From positions 1 through 25,001 of IMG/VR virus record IMGVR_UViG_3300032086_001967: 25,001 nucleotides of DNA. One strand, written 5' to 3'. Origin of the DNA: a virus (lineage: Duplodnaviria > Caudoviricetes). The position numbers and the translations under genes are program-made. The stretch's first letter is position 1; each line of letters opens with the position of its first letter. Below are positions 6,787-14,790 of the stretch, in pieces. The notes under the pieces were generated by a model, which did no database searches, was not told the origin of the DNA, and saw only the letters and a program-made list of their open reading frames with translations.

Positions 6787-7543
6787 TTTAGATAATTATA
6801 TAAGGTACAAAAACGAGGTTCAAGAACTTGTTAGCAAATTGCCTGAAGTACAAAATAATGACTTCACAATATATGATGATAAGCAAATGATAACATGTTT
6901 TTTACCGCTAGTAGAGAACGTTGCAAGAAAGTTTTCAACTAGTCAACAAGCCTCAGGTGTAATGACTATACTTGATTTGATACAAGAAGGTAGCGCTGGT
7001 TTAACACTAGCTGTTGGCAAGCTTGACAGATCTTTGTTGTTAGAATCTGAAGACCAATTAAAAACATTAAAATCATTTTTCTCAAAACGTATCAAAGGTG
7101 CAATACGTAGAGCTGTAGATATTAATCGTGGTAACATGAGAATACCTGAGCATAAACTAAACGAAATACGTAAGAACTTTGGTCACAACAAGAAAATGGT
7201 TGAAATGTTTTTCAATAGTATATTTTTAAGTATTGATGAAAAGAAAACAGACCTTAATGAAGACTGGGCTGCTCAGATACCTGATAAGTCAGAGCCATAT
7301 AACGTGGGTATGTTAAATCAATATTTAAAAGGCTTACTTAAAAAACATCTAAACAATAAAGAGTACGAAGTATTACGTATGAGCTATGGTTTAGACTGTG
7401 ACAAGCATGATGCTAAGACAATAGCTAGTAAACTAGGTATACAAGGCAGCAGTGCATATGTACGTGTTTCACAGGTTAAAAAACAAGCAGTACAAAAACT
7501 TATTGATAATGTAGATTACACACAAGTGCTTGATTATCTTTAA
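6773..7543 (+). CDS. RNA polymerase sigma-70 family factor
   Basis: Region 2 LPLVENVARKF...DLIQEGSAGL; MRIP motif; region 4 LNNKEYEVLRMSYGL...IASKLGI...VRVSQ. Confidence 0.9.
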   Translation: MKKYNLDNYIRYKNEVQELVSKLPEVQNNDFTIYDDKQMITCFLPLVENVARKFSTSQQASGVMTILDLIQEGSAGLTLAVGKLDRSLLLESEDQLKTLKSFFSKRIKGAIRRAVDINRGNMRIPEHKLNEIRKNFGHNKKMVEMFFNSIFLSIDEKKTDLNEDWAAQIPDKSEPYNVGMLNQYLKGLLKKHLNNKEYEVLRMSYGLDCDKHDAKTIASKLGIQGSSAYVRVSQVKKQAVQKLIDNVDYTQVLDYL

Positions 7544-7618
7544 GTTATAGAGTGAACAATTGATTAAATAGCGTTCACCAATATGTAATTATAGATATAG
7601 ACAATTTAATTTTATAAT

Positions 7619-8128
7619 ATGACTTTACAACAAAAACTGGCTCAGATTCAAACTGAGCTCAAGGCTAAAAAGAGTAGATTTAATTCTTTCGGTAAGTATT
7701 ACTTTCGTAGTGCTGAAGATATACTTGAATCAATAAAGCCTTTCTTACTAAAGTACAATGTAACCGTTACTGTAAACGAAAAGTTAATCGCAGAATCTAA
7801 CGGTGTTCCAGTACTAAAATCAACAGCTACAATACACGATGAAAAGGGTATGATGTTATCAACATCAGCCATAGTCGGAGTAGACTTAATGCAAAAGGGT
7901 ATGCAAACTCCACAACAGTTTGGTAGCGCATCCTCTTATGGTAAGAAATATGCTTTAGGTAATTTGTTCCTTATTGATGACACACAAGACAGTGATGCTA
8001 CAAACAATCACAAGTCTGACTTCGATGTGGATGCAGCTAAAAAGTATATCAAATCTGGCGGTACGTTAGATGCGATAAAGAAAAAATATAAACTTACTCC
8101 TGAACTGGAAAAACAACTAACACTATAG
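7619..8128 (+). CDS. erf: ERF-family ssDNA annealing protein
   Basis: IQTELKAKK..FNSFGKYYFRSAEDI...QQFGSASSYGKKYAL...DDTQDSD. Confidence 0.9.
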   Translation: MTLQQKLAQIQTELKAKKSRFNSFGKYYFRSAEDILESIKPFLLKYNVTVTVNEKLIAESNGVPVLKSTATIHDEKGMMLSTSAIVGVDLMQKGMQTPQQFGSASSYGKKYALGNLFLIDDTQDSDATNNHKSDFDVDAAKKYIKSGGTLDAIKKKYKLTPELEKQLTL

Positions 8129-8129
8129 T

Positions 8130-8861
8130 ATGACAAAAGAGGAGATCCTAAAAAAGCTACGTAACGATGAAGATTATTATGGAGACTTTGGTAGGAATTT
8201 TTTAAGTACTTCTGATATTGGTGTGTTGTTAAAAAACCCATTAGCTTATGGCCAACCGTCAAAACAAACATCTGCATTTTTAGTAGGTGGTTATTTTCAC
8301 ACAGCTATACTTGAACCAGATAAACTGAAAAAGTATAAAGTGATACAATCATCAACTAGAAATACTAAATTGTATAAAGAGATGTCTGAAGGCGAATTAT
8401 GTTTATTACAACATGAAGTTGATCATATTGAACTTATGACTGAAAAAATTATGAATAATGAAGTTTGCAAAAATTTAATTCAAGGTGCTAGCGTTGACTA
8501 CGAAGTACCGGGTGTTGCCAAACTAAATAAATATACCTGGAAAGGTAAAGCAGACATTATTAATCATGATGATAAAGTTATAGTTGATTTGAAAACTACA
8601 GCAGATATAAACAAATTTAGGTCAAATGCATTTAGGTATAATTACGATGCACAAGCATATATATACAGTCAATTATTTGGCTACGAAATGATATTCTTAG
8701 TTATCGACAAAACAACACACCAAATAGGAGTGTTTGACTGTTCTGCTGAATTTTATTCGTCAGGGCAAGACAAGGTTAATAGAGCAGAAGATGCTTATGA
8801 GCTGTTCTATAAAACCAAGGATTTTAATCCAAAACAATATTTCATAAGTAAAACACTTTAA
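8130..8861 (+). CDS. PD-(D/E)XK exonuclease (RecE/DUF3799-like)
   Basis: G.YFHTAILEP, KGKAD, VDLKTT, Y.YDAQAYIY. Confidence 0.85.
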   Translation: MTKEEILKKLRNDEDYYGDFGRNFLSTSDIGVLLKNPLAYGQPSKQTSAFLVGGYFHTAILEPDKLKKYKVIQSSTRNTKLYKEMSEGELCLLQHEVDHIELMTEKIMNNEVCKNLIQGASVDYEVPGVAKLNKYTWKGKADIINHDDKVIVDLKTTADINKFRSNAFRYNYDAQAYIYSQLFGYEMIFLVIDKTTHQIGVFDCSAEFYSSGQDKVNRAEDAYELFYKTKDFNPKQYFISKTL

Positions 8862-8870
8862 TATAATAAT

Positions 8871-9038
8871 ATGGCAAGAACTAGAAAAAGAACATGCGAC
8901 GTAACAGGCATGACAACAAGCGTTAACAATTTTTACACTAATCAATCACATGTAAAAGCTGTTGACAATTTAAGAAGAGGCACTGGTGCTACAAAAGCTC
9001 AGATGTCTAGAATGTTTAACCAATTAAATGCTTATTAA
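8871..9038 (+). CDS. small hypothetical protein (55 aa, MARTRKRTCDVTG...)
   Basis: Read by hand; fills the gap between the exonuclease and SSB exactly. Confidence 0.65.
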   Translation: MARTRKRTCDVTGMTTSVNNFYTNQSHVKAVDNLRRGTGATKAQMSRMFNQLNAY

Positions 9039-9040
9039 TT

Positions 9041-9358
9041 ATGGCAGGAATTATTAAAACCAGTATTAATCTTTCACAAATACCTAAGGATAAAATTATC
9101 ACAGGTAAGAAAGGTAAATACTTACCAATTAGTATCTCAATCAACGATGAACCTGATCAATTTGGAAATCAAGGTCCAGTTGTAGTAGATCAAACCAAGG
9201 AAGAAAGAGAAGCTAAAGCAGCTAAAACTTACCTTGGTAATTGCAGAGTTGTTTGGACAAACGGCGCGTTCCCAGAACCCGTTAGTAATCCACAAGCTGA
9301 TGGCTCTGTAAGTGTGCAGCAACCTGTACAAGATGTAAAAGAAGATTTACCGTTTTAA
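9041..9358 (+). CDS. ssb: putative single-stranded DNA-binding protein
   Basis: Acidic C-terminal EDLPF tail; lies between recombinase and primase-helicase; resembles Bacteroidota-phage SSBs. Confidence 0.7.
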   Translation: MAGIIKTSINLSQIPKDKIITGKKGKYLPISISINDEPDQFGNQGPVVVDQTKEEREAKAAKTYLGNCRVVWTNGAFPEPVSNPQADGSVSVQQPVQDVKEDLPF

Positions 9359-9367
9359 ATATTATAA

Positions 9368-11098
9368 ATGCAAGTAGAAGATAAAGAGATCAATGGATTT
9401 TTGATTGATGAGTTCAATCAATACAAGCTTGACGTAGGTAAAACACAGGGGATTTGTCCTCTGTGTTCCCACGACAGGAAACCCAAAAATCAAAAGGCCA
9501 AATGTGCGTCTTATGATTGGGAACGTGGTCTCGGTACTTGCCACAACTGTAATACAACTTATCAACTACATACTTACAAACGTAAGGGAGCTAGTGAACG
9601 TGAATACGTACGTCCTAGTTTTTCAACTAAGACTCATGAAACTCCCAGTAGTAAAGTTATAGAATGGTTTAAGTCCAGAGGAATATCTCAGGATACTTTA
9701 GAAGCATTAAATGTTTCTGAAGGTCCTGAGTTTATGCCTCAAACTGGTAAAACTGAGAACACAATTAAGTTCAATTATTTTATAGGTAACCAACTAATAA
9801 ATATTAAATACCGTGACGGCGCTAAAAACTTTAAATTATATAAAGGTGCTGAAAAAGTATTTTATAATATTAATAGTATTGTTGGTCATACAACCTGTGT
9901 AATAGTTGAAGGCGAAATAGATGTATTATCATTACATGAAGCTGGTATAAGAAATGTTATATCAGTTCCAAATGGTGCTACGTTAAATCACAATAACCTA
10001 GATTACTTAGATAACTGTATAGATTATTTTGAAGATAAAGAAAAAATAATACTAGCTGTAGATGCTGATGAACCTGGTACTATGTTAAGACAAGAGTTTA
10101 TACGTAGGCTTGGTGCTGAAAACTGTTATTTAGTTGATTTTAATGATTGTAAAGACGCAAACGAATACTTAATAAAATATGGCAGCAACGAGCTTGCTAA
10201 TGCTATACACAGCGCAATACAAGTTCCGCTGGAAAATGTTACAACACTTAAAAACGTAGAAAATGATCTTAAAGACTTTGTTAAAAATGGTTTTAAACCT
10301 GGCTACCAAGTTGGGCTCAAAAATTTCGACGAAGTATTCAGCACTTATACTGGACAGTTTATTACTGTTACTGGTATCCCTAGTAGTGGGAAGTCTGATT
10401 TTGTTGATCAAATGGTTGTAGGGTATAATAAAATGTACGGTTGGAAGACTGCTTTTGCTAGTCCAGAAAACGCACCTATTTATTTACATGCCCATAAACT
10501 TATGCGTAAAACGTGGGGTGACATGCCTTCACCTAGTGATATTGGTAGTGGTAAATGGAAAGAAGTTTCTGACCACGTTAACGATAACTATTATTTCATA
10601 GATATGGATAAATATAGTTTAGAATCAGTATTACGTAAAGGTGCAGAGCTAGTTAAACGTAAAGGTATTAAATGCCTTGTGATAGATCCTTATAATAAGG
10701 TCAGAGATACAAATGCAGTTTCAGATGATGTTAATAGATATACTATGGACTACTTAGCTAAGATTGAGCAGTTCTGTAAAAAGTATGATGTTTTAACGTT
10801 TATAGTAGCACATCCAACTAAAATGTATAAAGGCCAAGACGGTAGAATGGAAGAACCAACTATGTATAACATAAAAGGCGGTGGTGAATGGTATGATGCT
10901 AGTTATCACGGTTTATTAGTACATAGAGATTATGAAGCCAAAACTACTAAAGTAAAAGTACTTAAAGTTAAGTTTCAAAACCTAGGTGAAAACGGCGCTG
11001 AGGCGCATTTTACATGGGAGCGCAGATCAGGATCATTTGTGCCACAAGTTAACGTATTAGACGAAAACAAAGATGACAGCAGCCTTCCGTGGGAATAA
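9368..11098 (+). CDS. primase-helicase (T7 gp4 / Twinkle-like)
   Basis: Zn finger CPLC...CHNC; TOPRIM VEGEID and DADEPG; Walker A GIPSSGKS; Walker B LVIDPY; VAHP. Confidence 0.95.
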   Translation: MQVEDKEINGFLIDEFNQYKLDVGKTQGICPLCSHDRKPKNQKAKCASYDWERGLGTCHNCNTTYQLHTYKRKGASEREYVRPSFSTKTHETPSSKVIEWFKSRGISQDTLEALNVSEGPEFMPQTGKTENTIKFNYFIGNQLINIKYRDGAKNFKLYKGAEKVFYNINSIVGHTTCVIVEGEIDVLSLHEAGIRNVISVPNGATLNHNNLDYLDNCIDYFEDKEKIILAVDADEPGTMLRQEFIRRLGAENCYLVDFNDCKDANEYLIKYGSNELANAIHSAIQVPLENVTTLKNVENDLKDFVKNGFKPGYQVGLKNFDEVFSTYTGQFITVTGIPSSGKSDFVDQMVVGYNKMYGWKTAFASPENAPIYLHAHKLMRKTWGDMPSPSDIGSGKWKEVSDHVNDNYYFIDMDKYSLESVLRKGAELVKRKGIKCLVIDPYNKVRDTNAVSDDVNRYTMDYLAKIEQFCKKYDVLTFIVAHPTKMYKGQDGRMEEPTMYNIKGGGEWYDASYHGLLVHRDYEAKTTKVKVLKVKFQNLGENGAEAHFTWERRSGSFVPQVNVLDENKDDSSLPWE

Positions 11099-11351
11099 GA
11101 AATACAGTATGGGTGAATACACCCGAACTGATAATGAAGAAAAAGCTAGACTATGGTGTCACGAAAACGATATATGTATAACACCAAGGCAAGCTAAATG
11201 GGGAGAGCCTATTTGGTATATAGATATAGAAAAAGGTAAATATCCTAATCGTAAAAAACTAGGATCAACACCTAATGTTTATGGACCAATTAGAATATGG
11301 GAGAAGATAAGTGAATATCAATTATATTATTACAATAAACATGGAAAATAA
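11073..11351 (+). CDS. hypothetical protein (start may be 11109)
   Basis: ORF track; packing with neighbours. Confidence 0.65.
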   Translation: MTAAFRGNKKYSMGEYTRTDNEEKARLWCHENDICITPRQAKWGEPIWYIDIEKGKYPNRKKLGSTPNVYGPIRIWEKISEYQLYYYNKHGK

Positions 11352-11982
11352 ATTTTACAACGCTAATCACGCATACAATTACTTGTGGGATTATATAATA
11401 AGAAATGGTGTTGATTTTGACAATACAAAGGCTATATTTAATTGTGGCTTTACAATTGAAAAACCATTAGAAAATTATATAACAAACGAAGATCGTAATT
11501 GGAAGCCTGATTATGCTGAAGCCGAATGGCAATGGTACTTATCTGGCGATCCTAGTGTTAAAAAGCTAGGTGATATATATGGTAAGGTTCCACCTATATG
11601 GGAAAAAATGGCAGATGAAAATGGTCACGTAAGAAGTAATTACGGTTGGCAATGGCAACGTAATCATCAAATAGATTATGTAGTCAATAAGCTTAAAAAC
11701 TATAAAGAAACAAGACACGCTGCTATAAGTATATACGATTGTAAAGAACACGGTACATATGAGTCTGATACTCCTTGTACATATGCTGTTCAATTTACAA
11801 TACTTAATGATAAACTAAATATGTCTGTTTATATGCGATCTAATGATCTCTGGTACGGCTTTTGTAATGATCAATACTGTTTTAGTATGTTACAAAAACT
11901 TGTTGCAGAGAGACTGTCTATGGACACAGGGTGGTATTACCATCACGCACATAACATGCATATATATAACGATAAATTATGA
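11341..11982 (+). CDS. thymidylate-synthase-fold enzyme, probably dCMP hydroxymethylase (T4 gp42-like)
   Basis: SNYG, catalytic PCT, MRSNDLWYGFCND with Asp where dUMP-specific ThyA has Asn; likely start ATG 11341. Confidence 0.8.
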   Translation: MENKFYNANHAYNYLWDYIIRNGVDFDNTKAIFNCGFTIEKPLENYITNEDRNWKPDYAEAEWQWYLSGDPSVKKLGDIYGKVPPIWEKMADENGHVRSNYGWQWQRNHQIDYVVNKLKNYKETRHAAISIYDCKEHGTYESDTPCTYAVQFTILNDKLNMSVYMRSNDLWYGFCNDQYCFSMLQKLVAERLSMDTGWYYHHAHNMHIYNDKL

Positions 11983-12767
11983 CATATTATATTTATCATA
12001 TTCCAGGTAAAAAAATTGGTGTTACCTGTGATCTTAATAACCGGGTCACAGTTCAGCAAGGTTATAACCCTGATGAATATGAAATACTAGAAAGCTCTAC
12101 TGATGTTGATTATATATCAACAAAAGAGAGAAAATTACAAAGAGAATATGGCTACCGGGTAGATATGGTACCATATAAAAACCTTAAACCAAAATCAAAT
12201 ATGAATATAAATATAACTGAACAGACCACAACGTTTCCAGTTCCGGTGGATAAATTAAAAGGTCAATTGTTTGATAATATGGGTATGTCTTGGCAAACTG
12301 ATCACGGTAAGTTAGATATAACACCTAAAACAATAAACTGGATAATGAAAAACGTTAAAACTTCTATGTTTAATAATAATAGAAGTTATGTATATAACAA
12401 AGCATTTGCTAGGTTCTACGAAAACAATGATGTGTTTGAAAAACCAGTAGTTAAATGCTGTAAAAAACCTTTAAAAATGTTTGAAAACATTAGACAATGG
12501 GCTGATGAAAGAGGACTATACGATAAAGGTGATACTAAAACTCAATTAATCAAACTACAAGAAGAAATGGGTGAGCTAGCTAAAGCTACACTAGAAAACG
12601 ATAAGCCAGAAGTTATAGATGCTATTGGTGATATGGTTGTAGTATTAACTAACTTAGCACATTTAAATAATGTAAACATAGAAACGTGTATATCAGAAGC
12701 ATATAACGTAATATCTAAACGTACAGGTAAAATGGTTAACGGAACATTTGTCAAAGATGCAGATTAA
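11979..12767 (+). CDS. MazG-like NTP pyrophosphohydrolase with N-terminal extension (GIY-YIG-like)
   Basis: C-terminal KLQEEMGEL...DAIGDMVVVL...AYNVISKRTGKMVNGTFVK; N-terminal YIYH...KIGVT.DL..R. Confidence 0.85.
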   Translation: MTYYIYHIPGKKIGVTCDLNNRVTVQQGYNPDEYEILESSTDVDYISTKERKLQREYGYRVDMVPYKNLKPKSNMNINITEQTTTFPVPVDKLKGQLFDNMGMSWQTDHGKLDITPKTINWIMKNVKTSMFNNNRSYVYNKAFARFYENNDVFEKPVVKCCKKPLKMFENIRQWADERGLYDKGDTKTQLIKLQEEMGELAKATLENDKPEVIDAIGDMVVVLTNLAHLNNVNIETCISEAYNVISKRTGKMVNGTFVKDAD

Positions 12768-12981
12768 AACTAAAGATAAGATAGTACAGGCTGTACTAAG
12801 GAAGATGGATAATCGTAGCATTACTGGCCAAAAGAAATATGGCCAAACAATGTGTAACGAAATAGAAACAGGCAAGAAAGGCTTGTGTATGTTTTTAACA
12901 GATGTACAAGAAGAGATAATGGATGCTTTATTGTATATTGAAGCTGCTAAAAAATGTATTGAAGATGAGAAGAAAGATTAG
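12757..12981 (+). CDS. small all-alpha NTP-pyrophosphatase-like protein
   Basis: G.KKYG...QEEIMDALLY pattern; likely start ATG 12757. Confidence 0.55.
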   Translation: MQIKTKDKIVQAVLRKMDNRSITGQKKYGQTMCNEIETGKKGLCMFLTDVQEEIMDALLYIEAAKKCIEDEKKD

Positions 12982-13420
12982 AAGAAAGAAAGGACCTGTT
13001 ACAAGTAGAAAAGTTACTTGTGACGGGATAACTTTCGCATCAGGACTAGAAAAACACATGCATTTAGCTCTTAAAAAAGCAAAAATACAAGCTGTTTATG
13101 AAGGACATACTTATGAAATATTTCCAGCGTACCAGTTTGATACATCGGCTTATGAAAGATGCGCTAACGGTAAAGGTGACTATAAAGATCGTGGACATAA
13201 AAAGATATTAAACATATCTTATACACCAGACTTTATGGGTCAAGGATTTATTATTGAATGTAAAGGTAGAGCAAACGAAAGTTTTCCTTTACGTTGGAAG
13301 ATGTTTAAAAAATATGTTAAAGAACATTTACCTAATGTTATATTGTATAAACCACAAAATCAAAAAGAATGCGAGGAAACAGTAAGGCTAATTTTGAAAA
13401 ACAAAGGAGCAAGGAGATAG
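12965..13420 (+). CDS. endonuclease I / Holliday junction resolvase (T7 gp3-like)
   Basis: FASGLE, YE, YTPDF, IIECKG; likely start ATG 12965. Confidence 0.85.
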   Translation: MRRKIRRKKGPVTSRKVTCDGITFASGLEKHMHLALKKAKIQAVYEGHTYEIFPAYQFDTSAYERCANGKGDYKDRGHKKILNISYTPDFMGQGFIIECKGRANESFPLRWKMFKKYVKEHLPNVILYKPQNQKECEETVRLILKNKGARR

Positions 13421-13548
13421 CAAGACGTATGTATGGCTTGAGAAAAATTGATACATTTATAAAATGGACAGTAACACAAAGAGGTTATTTAAAATGGAAG
13501 CACTTAAAAGAACAATATTTAAAGTATAACTTACCATGGGACGATTAA
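13369..13548 (+). CDS. small hypothetical protein (59 aa; alternative start 13429)
   Basis: Read by hand; TAA at 13546-13548. Confidence 0.5.
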   Translation: MRGNSKANFEKQRSKEIARRMYGLRKIDTFIKWTVTQRGYLKWKHLKEQYLKYNLPWDD

Positions 13549-13673
13549 TATTAAGCTCGTACACTTGGAAGCCTAAAAAGAAAAGACCAGGCATTCACGG
13601 TAAAAAGAGAAACACTAACAATAAAAACGGTAAGTACTATAATGGTACTGCTTATAGAGGACAAGGAAGATAA
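13536..13673 (+). CDS. small basic protein ending YRGQGR (45 aa)
   Basis: Read by hand: MGRLILSSYTWKPKKKRPGIHGKKRNTNNKNGKYYNGTAYRGQGR. Confidence 0.65.
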   Translation: MGRLILSSYTWKPKKKRPGIHGKKRNTNNKNGKYYNGTAYRGQGR

Positions 13674-13674
13674 T

Positions 13675-13815
13675 ATGAAAAGTTGGGAATTAAGTTTTGG
13701 CCTGTTTACAGGATTTTTATTTGGATATAGATCGTATCCAGATGCAGAAAACAATAAGATAGATCATGTATTTTATGTATTTATATTTGACATTTGTTTA
13801 ACACTACAATATTAA
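13675..13815 (+). CDS. small hydrophobic protein (46 aa)
   Basis: Read by hand: MKSWELSFGLFTGFLFGY...; 1-nt spacing on both sides. Confidence 0.6.
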   Translation: MKSWELSFGLFTGFLFGYRSYPDAENNKIDHVFYVFIFDICLTLQY

Positions 13816-13816
13816 T

Positions 13817-14785
13817 ATGGGATTATTTGATAACAGAATAGCGTATAAACCTTTTGAGTACCCAGAGTATTATACTGAGGGTTGGTTGAAACAAGCTCAA
13901 GCGTTTTGGTTACACACAGAAATACCTATGTCAGGTGATGTAAAAGACTGGAATGAACATTTAACAAAAGAAGAAAAAAACCTAGTAGGAAATATACTAC
14001 TAGGCTTTGCTCAAACAGAATGTGCAGTGTCTGATTATTGGACACAAAAAGTTGTAGGATGGTTTCCTAAACACGAGATACAACAAATGGCAATGATGTT
14101 TGGTTCACAAGAAACTATACACGCAGTAGCATATAGTTACTTAAATGAAACTTTAGGTCTTGAGGACTTTGAAGCTTTCTTACATGAGCCAGCAACAGCA
14201 GAGAGGTTTGATAATCTAGTGGCTTATGATGGTAATGATCCTGTAGAGATCGGTAAGTCTTTAGCTGTGTTTAGTGCATTTGCTGAAGGCGTTAGTTTAT
14301 ATTCTGCGTTTGCAGTTTTATATAGCTTTCAAATGAGAAACTTGTTAAAAGGTGTAGGTCAACAAATGAAATGGAGTGTAAGAGATGAATCATTACATAG
14401 CCGCATGGGCTGTAGATTATTCAGACATATGTGTGAAGAAAAAGACTTTTTAAAAGAGTCTTGTAAACCACATATAATAGAAGCCGCGCAAGTTATGCAC
14501 GATGCTGAAATGAAATATATAGATAAGATGTTTGAAGCAGGAGATATTGAAGGAATGAAATCTTATGATTTAAAACAATTTATAAAGAAAAGAATAAATG
14601 AAAAACTTGTGGAGCTCGGATACAAAGAGCTCTCAAAAGAATTTAAATACGACGAAGAAGCGGCAAAAGAGCTTGATTGGTTTTATCATCTTACTGGTGG
14701 TCATACCCATACTGACTTTTTTGCTATTAGGTCGACAGACTACAGTAAAGCAAATGAGGGAGAAGATTTCGAAAATATCTGGTAA
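13817..14785 (+). CDS. nrdB: ribonucleotide reductase class I beta subunit
   Basis: FWLHTE, ETIHAVAY (radical Tyr), EGVSLYSAF, RDESLH. Confidence 0.95.
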   Translation: MGLFDNRIAYKPFEYPEYYTEGWLKQAQAFWLHTEIPMSGDVKDWNEHLTKEEKNLVGNILLGFAQTECAVSDYWTQKVVGWFPKHEIQQMAMMFGSQETIHAVAYSYLNETLGLEDFEAFLHEPATAERFDNLVAYDGNDPVEIGKSLAVFSAFAEGVSLYSAFAVLYSFQMRNLLKGVGQQMKWSVRDESLHSRMGCRLFRHMCEEKDFLKESCKPHIIEAAQVMHDAEMKYIDKMFEAGDIEGMKSYDLKQFIKKRINEKLVELGYKELSKEFKYDEEAAKELDWFYHLTGGHTHTDFFAIRSTDYSKANEGEDFENIW

Positions 14786-14790
14786 ATAAT

